Positions 35,772 through 45,836 of a stretch of DNA of 64,000 bases are shown piece after piece. The DNA lies in the IMG/VR virus record IMGVR_UViG_3300045918_000131, positions 1 through 64,000 of that record; one strand, given 5' to 3'. The notes under the pieces are model-generated. The model saw only the letters and a list, made by a program, of their open reading frames with translations, ran no database searches and was not told the origin of the DNA. The translations under genes were made by a program, and so were the position numbers. Within the stretch, counting starts at the first letter, position 1, and the number at the start of each line of letters is the position of its first letter. Source of the DNA: a virus.

Positions 35772-36887
35772 ATGAACGAAAAAGAACTTCAACCACAATT
35801 TCTAATAGTATTAGGTGGTGCTGGTAGTGGTAAGAACCACTTCATAGAGCACACTTATCCTTACCAAGCATATAAGTTAATTGATGTAGATCAAATTAAA
35901 AAAGATGTAGCTTTATCTACGGCCATATCGTCAATTAAACCTATGTTGGAAAAAGCTTTTAAACAAGGTAAAAATATTGCTCATCCTACTACAGGATCAA
36001 ATCTTAAAGGATTACAAAATAAGATTCTGCTAGCTAAACAATTTAACTATACTATTACAGTAGTATTAATTGATACTGAGCCTCACAATGCTATAAACCA
36101 AGTTAGAAACCGTGTTAGATCTGGCGGCCATAATGTAGAAATAGCTAATATTATATCTAGTAATAAAAAAGCTCAAGAGAACTTTAATTTAGTTAAAGAT
36201 ACTGTAGACTATACTAAGATTATTAAAAACACGATTAACGAAGCCGCTCCGGTTGAGGCTCCTAAAGGTCAAATAATTTATCAAATTAATACGCCATTGA
36301 ACTTCACACACAACGAGTTACTAAGTATTTTAGAACTAATTAAATCAGAAACACAAGTTTCGTCGGCCGGATTAATGGACAGGATTCATCGTGCTAAGTT
36401 AATAGCTGTTGCTAGAGATGCTAATATGGCAGGTAAAATAGTTGCCGTATCTATTATAAAGGTTCCAGACGCCAATTATAAAAGTAAACTGTTTAAGAAT
36501 GCACAAGTGCCAGAATTAGATAAACAGTATCCCTTTGAAATGGGTTATAAAGTAGTATTACCTGAATACAGGAATAACAACTTAGGTGCCATTTTATCGC
36601 AGAAATTACTACAATTAGTGTCTAAAAATGAGATATTTGCTACTATTCGTGAATCAAACACAATAGCACTAGTCTCAATATTTAAGCTAGGGTTTACTCC
36701 TATAGGTAAACCTTTTATGGGGGCAAGCGGAAATAGAATTTTGTTGTTAGTTGTTAAAAATTCAACAACTGCTAAGAAAACAACAGTCAACAACAGTACC
36801 CTTAATGAAGGTACTCTACTTTACGTGGATAATAAGTTACAAGAAAGGTACCTTACATCATTAAGAGATATGTTAGATGCTACTTAG
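35772..36887 (+). CDS. Zeta-toxin-like P-loop kinase fused to a GNAT acetyltransferase
   Basis: GGAGSGK, IDVD, RNRVRSGGHNV; C-terminal EMGY.VVLPEYRNNNLG...N..AL..F.KLGF. Confidence 0.75.
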   Translation: MNEKELQPQFLIVLGGAGSGKNHFIEHTYPYQAYKLIDVDQIKKDVALSTAISSIKPMLEKAFKQGKNIAHPTTGSNLKGLQNKILLAKQFNYTITVVLIDTEPHNAINQVRNRVRSGGHNVEIANIISSNKKAQENFNLVKDTVDYTKIIKNTINEAAPVEAPKGQIIYQINTPLNFTHNELLSILELIKSETQVSSAGLMDRIHRAKLIAVARDANMAGKIVAVSIIKVPDANYKSKLFKNAQVPELDKQYPFEMGYKVVLPEYRNNNLGAILSQKLLQLVSKNEIFATIRESNTIALVSIFKLGFTPIGKPFMGASGNRILLLVVKNSTTAKKTTVNNSTLNEGTLLYVDNKLQERYLTSLRDMLDAT

Positions 36888-36918
36888 TGAACTACCGCAA
36901 CAGTAAGACTACTTAGTT

Positions 36919-37554
36919 TTAACTGTTAATAATAGTTAAGTAGTAGTTAATTGCTCGCTGTTTGAATTGTTTTACTATAATATGATCACTACCAAACGCG
37001 GCTACATACATTTTATATAGACTTGATTTTCTACAATAATTATATGTTAATTCTAACGGATTATATTTTAAATGTATCTCTGTAGCTAACGAATATGAAT
37101 AAGCGTCAATCTCATCCAAACTACCCAAATATTCTTGGTCTAACTTCTTAGACTGATCTGTTGACATACTCACAAAAACACTATTACACACGTCAAATTT
37201 ACGTTTTCTATATTGACGTTGATGTACTTTTTCGTGCTCAACACATTCTATTAATTCAACACATAATCTAGGCCAATCGATAACGGATATTGCAATTTTA
37301 ATTTGGGATGGATTGAAATTAACATATATAGTTATTGATGAAAAATTTGATTGATCTTCTCCCGGGTCATAACATCCGCCGATAATAACTTGGTTATCAT
37401 CTACGTGTATATCTCGATTTGTTTTGATCTTAATATCAGTTGTCCCAACAAATCTTCGTAAGATTTTAGTAATTTCTACTGGTGTAAGTTCTCGCTCTTT
37501 AATTTTATTGCCATATGCAAGCATACGGTTATATAAATGCAATACTTCACTCAT
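36919..37554 (-). CDS. HExxH putative metalloprotein
   Basis: VEHEKVHQRQ...YLGSLDEIDAY. Confidence 0.6.
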   Translation of the reverse strand: MSEVLHLYNRMLAYGNKIKERELTPVEITKILRRFVGTTDIKIKTNRDIHVDDNQVIIGGCYDPGEDQSNFSSITIYVNFNPSQIKIAISVIDWPRLCVELIECVEHEKVHQRQYRKRKFDVCNSVFVSMSTDQSKKLDQEYLGSLDEIDAYSYSLATEIHLKYNPLELTYNYCRKSSLYKMYVAAFGSDHIIVKQFKQRAINYYLTIINS

Positions 37555-38230
37555 ATATCGGACTTGTATGTTTCTTACGATAAAAGAGATGATTATCTAT
37601 TTGAGTAACAAATTGCAAGCTTTTAGACCAATCAGGGTTTACATAGTCTGCATGATATGACACTGCACCTTCTGTTATGTCAATCATATCTTTTCTAGTA
37701 AGTAATTCTTTTGCAGCCAATAAACTTTGTGACCAGTAAAAACTAGATTTATCTATAGCTTTATGTGGTAATACAGTCCATGAAAATTGAGCTACAGTAG
37801 TATGTATACTTTGACTACCTTCGTAAATTACTTTACATACCGTATCAGGAAAACCAGAAGCTTTAGTACGGTTTAACACTACTTGCCCTACAGCTATTTT
37901 ACCTGCGTAACTTTGTGTTGCGGCTTCATAATAAATGTTTTCGGCCATGCACTGCAGGTCATTTTTTAGTATATCTGGTTTAACTAATGGATCGGTTGGG
38001 AATACTATATTAATTGTCGCAGATCTAATATCTTGATATGTTGGCAGGAATGGCACTGTGAATACACGACTAAATGGTTGAAATGCGATATTTGCTATAA
38101 TAAAACTACTCATCGCTAACCATATGAGCATAATCGTTGAAAACTTGCTTAGGAAAAGTTTACTTTCCGTCATTGGGTCTCTCCTTTTTGCGTTACAGAA
38201 CTTTCGGTCTGTTATATATTTATTCTTCAA
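37547..38230 (-). CDS. SleB-like cell wall hydrolase (Hydrolase_2) with N-terminal TM
   Basis: CMAENIYYEA, AVGQVVLNR, FPDTVCKVI, QFSW, YHADYVNPDW, IDNHLFY. Confidence 0.9.
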   Translation of the reverse strand: MKNKYITDRKFCNAKRRDPMTESKLFLSKFSTIMLIWLAMSSFIIANIAFQPFSRVFTVPFLPTYQDIRSATINIVFPTDPLVKPDILKNDLQCMAENIYYEAATQSYAGKIAVGQVVLNRTKASGFPDTVCKVIYEGSQSIHTTVAQFSWTVLPHKAIDKSSFYWSQSLLAAKELLTRKDMIDITEGAVSYHADYVNPDWSKSLQFVTQIDNHLFYRKKHTSPIYE

Positions 38231-38290
38231 CCTCTAGTAGTAATAATAACATACAATTATGCCTATTTCAAGGCTTTTTCTACATCAAAA

Positions 38291-39304
38291 CTAAGCTAAT
38301 ATTTGAGAAAAGTTACTTGCAGTTAATATAGATCCAGTAATACCTCCGTGAGAATAAGGTTCTCCGCCAGTTAAAGTCCACATTATTCTTGCCTCGCCTT
38401 TAGGGCCAGAACCATTATAAGAGATATGTACCCATGCTGAGTTATGTTTTTCAAATATACATTGAGAAAATCCTAAAGTAGATTGATTTTTTACTATCCA
38501 TTTGAACATTTCTACTGTTTCTGCATATGATCCTAAAGATATATCAGCCGCACAACCTATTCCGTGATCTGTCATACCTAAACCACTCTCAACTGTCCTA
38601 AACCCGCTGTTAAAGCTAAATTTAAATTGATCATATATAGGATCTAAAATATTCTGGCATAACGCTAGCCAATTACATGCTATTTGGCTAGCAGTTAATC
38701 CACGTTGATCTTTAATCATACCGCTCGATGCACTATTAGCTAATTTAAAATATTTACTAACAGGAGTAGACATATCGGACATTGTTATTATCTTAGGAAA
38801 CTTATTACAATCTATATATGCGTGATTAATTTGATTAGGGGATTGAGGAGGTGCCGAATCAACACTCTCTGACTTAGATAACCCAGTATCAAAAGAGTCC
38901 TCATCTCTACGTGCTGCAGATTGACCGTTATCAGTATTATCATATACCCTTGCTCCACATATTAAAGTAACGCCTGGCTCAACTACCATCATCATTGAAA
39001 ATGAGCCACTACCTGCCATTACATTTGGGCTTCCTGCAGCAGATATATCTGCTCCTCCGCAACCTCCTACAATCGGGTCTCCAATCCTAAATGCTTTTAA
39101 ACCGTTAATAATAACTGTAGGAGAACCATCGCCTGCATTACCGTCATGTGATGATCTTCCACATGTATGTGTTGGATAGTGATCTGTAGTACGCATGGCT
39201 GGGCTACCGTTAACTATAACGTTGCTTGATCCAGAATCTGATGGTCTTGGGCTAAAGCAGTGTCCGGAACTTGCATCTACGCCTTTTCTTGTTAAACCTG
39301 GCAT
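38291..39304 (-). CDS. PAAR spike-tip protein fused to a peptidase M15 (Zn-dependent peptidoglycan peptidase) domain
   Basis: N-terminal: GHC, GSSNVIVNGSPAMR..D, GSPTVIINGLKAFRIGD, AGSPNV. C-terminal: NSGFR, HGIGCAADI, WVHISY. Confidence 0.8.
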   Translation of the reverse strand: MPGLTRKGVDASSGHCFSPRPSDSGSSNVIVNGSPAMRTTDHYPTHTCGRSSHDGNAGDGSPTVIINGLKAFRIGDPIVGGCGGADISAAGSPNVMAGSGSFSMMMVVEPGVTLICGARVYDNTDNGQSAARRDEDSFDTGLSKSESVDSAPPQSPNQINHAYIDCNKFPKIITMSDMSTPVSKYFKLANSASSGMIKDQRGLTASQIACNWLALCQNILDPIYDQFKFSFNSGFRTVESGLGMTDHGIGCAADISLGSYAETVEMFKWIVKNQSTLGFSQCIFEKHNSAWVHISYNGSGPKGEARIMWTLTGGEPYSHGGITGSILTASNFSQILA

Positions 39305-39305
39305 A

Positions 39306-39776
39306 TTAGAATTTGCTCCGTGTTGATATTATGGATCGTAATGCGTTATTTGCCGTAACGAAGTCGTTCCTAACTATTATTTCATACTGTGCCGATGAAT
39401 GGTCTGACAGCGTAATGTTAACATAGACATTAATAAAAGCTTCCGTTGGTGCAATATATTGATGTAATGTTGCAAATCCTGTTGGTAACGCCGCAAATGA
39501 TGTAACTACGTGCTCATTTAAATTATTATCTAAGTATGATATATTACGTTTAAATGCGGCTAGAAATTTACCACTTACTGTAAACGTTAATCCAGAAAAC
39601 GATAAAGAAATTCCTGGATCTAATGGAGTAACATTTGCAGAAGTGATAACAGGTATAATTACATTCCCTATGTCAGTTACTGATCCTGTATCGGAAATAG
39701 GAGGAACATAACTTACAACTAACGAAAATTGTGTTCCTTCATTTACTTGATAATTTGCAGGACTGAACGTTCCCAT
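39306..39776 (-). CDS. Hypothetical baseplate-associated protein
   Basis: Beta-rich, adjacent to PAAR. Confidence 0.5.
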   Translation of the reverse strand: MGTFSPANYQVNEGTQFSLVVSYVPPISDTGSVTDIGNVIIPVITSANVTPLDPGISLSFSGLTFTVSGKFLAAFKRNISYLDNNLNEHVVTSFAALPTGFATLHQYIAPTEAFINVYVNITLSDHSSAQYEIIVRNDFVTANNALRSIISTRSKF

Positions 39777-39780
39777 AATA

Positions 39781-40095
39781 TTAGATTATAATACTACCTT
39801 TTGTTACGGGTTGAATACCTGTAGTCTTTTCTATATAGTGCGACTTTAATTCATCTAATGTTGGACCTGTCATCATAATATGATTTTTTGATATTGGAAC
39901 CTCCTTGCCTGCTTCAACAGTAAATAATGCAGGCACTAGACGTACACCTGATTGTGTAGGAACAACAGCCGCTGGATTAGTAACAATATATGCATCTTCT
40001 GTCTCACTAATTAACTTAGCAACTAATTCGTCTCCATTTGCTAATTTAATTGTGAAGATATCATTTGATTCAAATTTACTTTTGGTTTTTAACAT
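39781..40095 (-). CDS. Sm-like fold hypothetical phage protein
   Basis: TIKLANGDELVAKL...Y...TTGI. Confidence 0.6.
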   Translation of the reverse strand: MLKTKSKFESNDIFTIKLANGDELVAKLISETEDAYIVTNPAAVVPTQSGVRLVPALFTVEAGKEVPISKNHIMMTGPTLDELKSHYIEKTTGIQPVTKGSIII

Positions 40096-40275
40096 TTTTT
40101 TCCTTTAGAGTTTGATTAAGCTGAGTGATTACATTTTGTTGAAGAGTTATTCTTTTATCTTCAATATTTAGATTCAGTTTACCTATTGTTTCTAAATTTA
40201 CTTCTTTTTTCTTTTTAGAATAATACATGGGGTCCATTTTACTATCTCCTAAAAGGGTAATTTAATACTGATTCA

Positions 40276-40464
40276 CTATTTAAAATACTTATGTCGATAA
40301 GTGGTATCTTGTTTATTTTCTAATCGTTTTAAAATAGCGGTTCTTTGTTCATCTGTATAACTAGCCCATTCCTTTATCTCGATTATTAATCTACCACAAC
40401 CTATACATATATCTTGTTCGGATAATGTACATAATCTAATACATGGATTATTAATTTTACTCAT
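40276..40464 (-). CDS. DUF1289-like Cys protein
   Basis: NPCIRLC...CIGCGR...EI.EW. Confidence 0.75.
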   Translation of the reverse strand: MSKINNPCIRLCTLSEQDICIGCGRLIIEIKEWASYTDEQRTAILKRLENKQDTTYRHKYFK

Positions 40465-40465
40465 T

Positions 40466-40660
40466 CTAATAGGCGCCTGTATTTTTAAACCACTTTCCCT
40501 TGAGCTCAAAAGAGGTATTAGAAGCATCAAAAATTCTATGTTCTATACCAGTTAGACATTTATCGCATTTAATAGAAATATGACTCTCTTCTACTTTTCG
40601 AATATGTGTATTTTTTGAATTGCAAATATTGCATTGGTAAGTATATAGAGGAATGATCAT
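40466..40660 (-). CDS. FmdB-type zinc-ribbon protein
   Basis: PLYTYQCNIC...CDKC...FELKG.W. Confidence 0.75.
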   Translation of the reverse strand: MIIPLYTYQCNICNSKNTHIRKVEESHISIKCDKCLTGIEHRIFDASNTSFELKGKWFKNTGAY

Positions 40661-41703
40661 TCTCCTTTAAATATGATAAGATTGTTTTTTAATCTATCGT
40701 TGTTTGGATTCAACTTTATTGCTTCTTTTACTAATGTAATTGCATCATTCTTTAAACCCATATTCCATGCTGCTATAGAAGCATAATCATACGGGACTTC
40801 GTTCCAAGAGTCAACTTCTGTTATATAATGAATCTCTTTTTCTGTGATAGCTAATGCTTGCATCATAGCATAATATGTACCTACCCAGTTTTGTAAGTTA
40901 TAATATACTTTACCTAATTTAATCCAAGGTTCGCGGTCTATTTGATGTTCCGAACATGCTTTTAAAGCCCATACTAATGCAGTGTTGTTATCATTTTTCT
41001 TACAATAACATCTAGCAATAAATCTCATTGATGCACAACGCTCAGCAGTCCACTTAGCTGTTGGTAGAGACAAATGACGTTGGAGCTCTATAATTGCTTT
41101 GTCCCAATGCCCATAATACATATATTCCCTACCAAGATAATGCGAGTTACGGTCATTATTTTGATCTTCTTGACACGATAACTCAAGCAACGGTAAATAT
41201 GAACTACGCGATTTAGTATTGTCTGGATAATGGTGTACTGTAAAGTTATTACAATAAGTTTGTACCTCTAATCCCTCATATACTAATACTTCGTGAACTG
41301 GATTAACCCATTTATACCCCTTACGTAAGTGAATCTTATCGTACCAAAATTCTGTACCAGGACCCCATATATACTTATATCTTAACCTAGTAGTTGTATT
41401 AAGCCAACTTTTCTCTATTTCTCCCCTCCATCCAGGAGTTATAACTTCATCTAAATCAATACATAAACAAACATCAACATCTTCAGGTACATTGTCTAAT
41501 GAAATATTTCGTGCAATATCAAACCTCCATGGATTAATATTGGTTTCGTGTACTATTGCACCGTGTTCTTTAAGCAACGAAATAGTATTATCTGTAGAAC
41601 CTGTATCGGTAACGACTACTACATCGGCTTCTTTTAAATTTTCCATAAACCTAGTTACGAATTGTTCTTCATTTTTACATATTGCGTATACTGCTATTTT
41701 CAC
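40657..41703 (-). CDS. GT2 glycosyltransferase with TPR repeats
   Basis: VYAICKNEE, DTGSTD, FDIARN, IDLDE, VHE; C-terminal TPRs. Confidence 0.88.
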   Translation of the reverse strand: MKIAVYAICKNEEQFVTRFMENLKEADVVVVTDTGSTDNTISLLKEHGAIVHETNINPWRFDIARNISLDNVPEDVDVCLCIDLDEVITPGWRGEIEKSWLNTTTRLRYKYIWGPGTEFWYDKIHLRKGYKWVNPVHEVLVYEGLEVQTYCNNFTVHHYPDNTKSRSSYLPLLELSCQEDQNNDRNSHYLGREYMYYGHWDKAIIELQRHLSLPTAKWTAERCASMRFIARCYCKKNDNNTALVWALKACSEHQIDREPWIKLGKVYYNLQNWVGTYYAMMQALAITEKEIHYITEVDSWNEVPYDYASIAAWNMGLKNDAITLVKEAIKLNPNNDRLKNNLIIFKGE

Positions 41704-41791
41704 TTATGTGATCCTTTGTTCTATCAATCTGATAATGTTTGTAAATACTGTTCAAACATTGTGTATACAACTTTTCTCTTTAAATCCATTA

Positions 41792-42889
41792 TCAAAAATC
41801 AGAATCAAAATCAATATTAGTATCGTCGCGTACTATTGTTCCGACTTTATATGCATTGTTATCTTGTTCTTGTGGTGCTGCTTGTGTATTACCGATATTA
41901 ATCCAATCTTCCATATGAGGCATAGGATTATGCTTAGGGAATTTATAATCTCCATCCAAATTTAAAAATTTATGTACTGGCGCTGCATTAAACATAACCC
42001 AAGATTTAATAATATTAGCATTAGCTCCTACTAATTCACGTCCCTCACTGAATAAGTAATCAGCCCATGCTAATTCAGCATTTACTACTTCGTCGAACAA
42101 TTTCTGTATTCTTGGTTTTAACCGGTTATATGTTGACTGACCCCTTTCAGTTTGTAGTTCTATACGTAATACTTCTTTATCAAGCTCTACGTGTATCTCT
42201 AACTCGTCTTGTGCGATTTTTTGTACTGCTTTACCCACTGGTTGGAACCAATTAATGCTACAGATAGTAAATGTAATAGCAAAACTTGCCATAAACTGTA
42301 CACGTTCGAGTAATAATAACGCAACTATACCCATAAATAATGAGTCATATGCTTCGTCGGATTTGATCAACCCTAATGCATACTTATGTGATGCTTGATA
42401 TAAGTCGTCAAATACTTCTTTAATATTAGTTAATCGTATTAAACTTTCTTTGACTGCTAATATTTCTTTAAGTACATGCTCTGGATTATCAAAGCTCATA
42501 CGCACAATTTCGGAATATGTTGATGCATGAAGTACTTCGTTATCCGATACACGTTGCCAAGCTGCCCACAGAGAACTATCTGTAATAAAAGGAGCTAATA
42601 CAGGGGCAATACTACGAGATGCAACACTATCGGCTTCCCATTGCCATGCTAACGTTCTTATCATCATCTCGTACACCGGCTTGGGGCAATTTTTAAAATC
42701 TAGATTACATTGCGAATAATCAAACTCGTCTTCTGACCAGTCTAAAGATTTCATCTCTTTATATAATTGCCAGATTCTAGGATAATGTTTATTTACTGTA
42801 TCGAACAAGCCAGGGTCTTCTCCAAAGAATAACGGGGATTGTATACGATACTGTTCTGGTGTTTTTTCTGTATTAAATGTTTTTGTCAT
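41792..42889 (-). CDS. nrdB: Ribonucleotide reductase class I beta subunit
   Basis: WSEDE, ADS, EVLHASTY, LERVQFMASF, QDELEIH, APQE. Confidence 0.93.
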   Translation of the reverse strand: MTKTFNTEKTPEQYRIQSPLFFGEDPGLFDTVNKHYPRIWQLYKEMKSLDWSEDEFDYSQCNLDFKNCPKPVYEMMIRTLAWQWEADSVASRSIAPVLAPFITDSSLWAAWQRVSDNEVLHASTYSEIVRMSFDNPEHVLKEILAVKESLIRLTNIKEVFDDLYQASHKYALGLIKSDEAYDSLFMGIVALLLLERVQFMASFAITFTICSINWFQPVGKAVQKIAQDELEIHVELDKEVLRIELQTERGQSTYNRLKPRIQKLFDEVVNAELAWADYLFSEGRELVGANANIIKSWVMFNAAPVHKFLNLDGDYKFPKHNPMPHMEDWINIGNTQAAPQEQDNNAYKVGTIVRDDTNIDFDSDF

Positions 42890-42909
42890 AATTAACTTTC
42901 TATATAAGG

Positions 42910-44037
42910 TTACAGTGAGCAAGCGCCGCTTGAACAGCCTCGGTCATCTGAGTTATTGTTCTCTATTAGTCCATTTTGACTAATAGTTGCATCTTCGTCT
43001 GCTGATAAGTCTACTCCATTACTAGTAAGACTATTTACATAATACCTCGATTTCATTCCATATTTAACCATTGTTAAATAATCTTGTATCATGTCTGTAC
43101 TAGATACTTTTTGATCTCCTTGTATCTTTACAAATAAGTCAGCACTAATTGCTTGATCGCACCATTTCTGAAAAATAGAATATACTTTAATCATATCATT
43201 AGTGCTAATATCCCATGCTAATTGATACTTATTTTTTAACTTAGTACCGTCCGGCGCGGACCAATGGTTTACTCCGGTATCATTGGTTTTCATTAAATTA
43301 AATTCTCTAATAGGATAGGACCCATTGGTAGTTCCGCTTGAAATGGTCGATGACTCCCCCGGAGCATTTGCCACTATCACTGAATTACGTATGCCGCCAT
43401 TGGCAATTATCTCTTTACGTAACATATCCCAATCACGCTTACATTCGACTGTAACTAATTCATCTACACGTTGTTCATAAGTATCCAATGGTAACCATCC
43501 TTCAGGCCATCTAGTTTTATGCATCCAGGGCGCATTGCCAAGTTCTTTACCTAAGCGAAGACTTGCATTTAATACATGCCAGTAATGCGTTTCTGCTAAT
43601 TCGTGTATAAAATTTCGTCCTTCAATAGTATTATATTTTTTATCTTTCTTTGCCATTAAATGTGCTAAACCTAATATACCAACACCAGCACTTAATCTTG
43701 ACTTTGCTGTATGCTCTAAGTTAGGAAACACATAATCAGACTTATGTATACATTTATCTATCATTTTTAATGCATAATATGCTACTTCTGCATATTGCTC
43801 ATCTGACTCAATATTACCTACAACTATTCCCGCAAGACTACATAACCCGATTTCGCCGTCTCCTTCTTCATAATATTGTTTATATAATTCGGCAACGCTA
43901 GAATACCCTTTGGAAATTAGGGCTATCTCCTGACAGTTATGCACTAATACATCATTAGCGAAAAACGATTCTGTTTCTGGCACAGTAATATCATATACTG
44001 GCGTTGGATCTACTTTAATCTTTCTAATCTTAATCAT
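42910..44037 (-). CDS. nrdA: RNR alpha C-terminal half, preceded by a 34-aa C-intein (43936-44037)
   Basis: MIKIRKIK...VYDITV....FFANDVLVHN|CQEI; later GLCSL, APGESS, DQAIS, KSRYY, C-terminal CSSGACSL. Confidence 0.93.
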   Translation of the reverse strand: MIKIRKIKVDPTPVYDITVPETESFFANDVLVHNCQEIALISKGYSSVAELYKQYYEEGDGEIGLCSLAGIVVGNIESDEQYAEVAYYALKMIDKCIHKSDYVFPNLEHTAKSRLSAGVGILGLAHLMAKKDKKYNTIEGRNFIHELAETHYWHVLNASLRLGKELGNAPWMHKTRWPEGWLPLDTYEQRVDELVTVECKRDWDMLRKEIIANGGIRNSVIVANAPGESSTISSGTTNGSYPIREFNLMKTNDTGVNHWSAPDGTKLKNKYQLAWDISTNDMIKVYSIFQKWCDQAISADLFVKIQGDQKVSSTDMIQDYLTMVKYGMKSRYYVNSLTSNGVDLSADEDATISQNGLIENNNSDDRGCSSGACSL

Positions 44038-44141
44038 ATGGTTCTTCCTGGGTAATACCCGTCTGGTGATTGTTGTGATGCTTTAACTTTAATATTTTTT
44101 CGTTTGTAAACCATTTATGTGAGTAGCGCAATTTCTTTACA
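44034..44141 (-). pseudogene. Remnant of a free-standing homing endonuclease between the nrdA halves
   Basis: Reads HKWFTNE / KNIKVKASQQSPDGYYPGRTI*, like the 'KWFTNG..N.....P.G...GR' tail of phage homing endonucleases. Its TGA overlaps the ATG of the C-half. Confidence 0.55.
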
Positions 44142-45740
44142 TTAAGTTTCGAGTAATTCGTCACGTTCGGTTAAATCTTTTGCGGGTACAAATCCTCGAT
44201 TTTTAGTATAAATCATATGGTCGGCGGTGCATCTTATTATCTTACCGTTAGGACTTTCAATCTCATATAAATCTGTCGAAACCCCTGTTTGCGCTGCGGC
44301 TGATACTTTACTCCATACTACCTCTTCGCCGTTAAATGATTTAACATAAACTTCCGTATAATATCCTAACTCATACTTGGCAATAAAGTCGTCTAATCTG
44401 ACTATTTCGGCAAAATTTCCGGCGTTGTTAGACGCAATTTCAATGTTAGTATTGCCAGTCAAACAGAGATTCGACGAATAAATCTTTTCTTTAAAAGGAG
44501 TATGTTTATTCATCGTATCAAACTGATGTAAGTAATGTACTCCGGTTTCGTAACTTTGTGTTAATGCACCTAATAATAATTCACGAGCATTAACTTTAAC
44601 CTTTACTTTATCTGAATTTGCGTAAAGTGTATATAATTCTTCAAATTTATTAGGGTCTTTATTATATTGTGCTTCGTATAACTCCGGCACATCCCCGTAC
44701 GAAAATAAGTAAATATCTTCATTCTTAGCTACTTTACGTGCAAAAAATTTATTACTACCAAAACTATAATGACATCCTCCTATTTTTTTATTAAGCGGAG
44801 TCATCGGGTGTCTCAATTTTTGTATCACTTCGACTTCGGGGTCAAATGCAGTGTAATGTACTGTGCTCGCGCCCCCACGCCCATTTTGTAAATTAGCTTG
44901 TATTGCACCTACCATTGCTCTATAGTATGGCAACTTACCTTGATGTTGAATAATTCCGTTACGAATCGAGTCACCTAGAGATCTAGTCTTAATATGAGTT
45001 CCTATACCAGCACTCATACATGTCATCATATATGCAATATGATCTCCGGCCGCCAAACTGGCAGCTGAATCCTGTGTAGTATAAACACAACATGAAGCAT
45101 AACCGTTTAACTGTGTACCTAAATTAACAAAATTTGGTGTTGGACAGTTAATCCTATTGAAACTAAAATGATCATACCATGCTTTTACATGTACTAAACG
45201 TTCTGCTGATGGCTCATCTTCTGCTAACGCCATAGCCATACGCATGTATACAAATTGAGGAGATTCATACTCTTTACCTGTTACTTTGTTGCGTAATGCA
45301 TACTTATAACGAATTTGATTTAATTGATAATGAGGATATTTTAAATCTCGTTTGTGGTCTATAATTTTTTCTATTGCTGTATATTCGTCAGTTGAATAAT
45401 GCATGTCTACCATTAAACCAGCAGTCTGTAATTCTTCATGTAAACTTTGTACTGATGGTCTACCATATGGATAAATTACACGTTCAAGTAAGTAAGTATA
45501 TAACCTACCTGCCATTCTATTATACTCCCAGGTTTTTCTACTTAAACAAGTACTAATTAAGGTCTCTTGTAATTGTTGACTAGTACAAGTTTCAGGACAT
45601 TGTACTACTGCATCTATTACTATGATAGACCAATCTACCTGTGATCCTAATGTTTTTGCAGCCCATGTTCCCCAACCATTTACTTTTGATGGAGAAAAAT
45701 CTTCAACTCTCCCGTCGCGTTTTACGATCTTTTTTATCAT
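44142..45740 (-). CDS. nrdA: RNR alpha N-terminal half (ATP cone), ending in a 107-aa N-intein (44145-44465)
   Basis: IVKRDG, ESPQ, PTP, ASCC, SSNL|CLTGNT...IRCTADHMIYTKNRG..AKDL. Confidence 0.93.
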   Translation of the reverse strand: MIKKIVKRDGRVEDFSPSKVNGWGTWAAKTLGSQVDWSIIVIDAVVQCPETCTSQQLQETLISTCLSRKTWEYNRMAGRLYTYLLERVIYPYGRPSVQSLHEELQTAGLMVDMHYSTDEYTAIEKIIDHKRDLKYPHYQLNQIRYKYALRNKVTGKEYESPQFVYMRMAMALAEDEPSAERLVHVKAWYDHFSFNRINCPTPNFVNLGTQLNGYASCCVYTTQDSAASLAAGDHIAYMMTCMSAGIGTHIKTRSLGDSIRNGIIQHQGKLPYYRAMVGAIQANLQNGRGGASTVHYTAFDPEVEVIQKLRHPMTPLNKKIGGCHYSFGSNKFFARKVAKNEDIYLFSYGDVPELYEAQYNKDPNKFEELYTLYANSDKVKVKVNARELLLGALTQSYETGVHYLHQFDTMNKHTPFKEKIYSSNLCLTGNTNIEIASNNAGNFAEIVRLDDFIAKYELGYYTEVYVKSFNGEEVVWSKVSAAAQTGVSTDLYEIESPNGKIIRCTADHMIYTKNRGFVPAKDLTERDELLET

Positions 45741-45787
45741 TATTACCTTCTATTGTGTTGTGTGTTAATATTTACCGAGTCTAAAAA

Positions 45788-45808
45788 GGACACAGAAATT
45801 CTGTGTCC
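45788..45808 (-). terminator. Hairpin terminator
   Basis: ggacacagaa-a-ttctgtgtcc followed by a T run on the minus strand. Confidence 0.65.
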
Positions 45809-45836
45809 AAAATTAAATTTTAATATTTAAGTTAAA

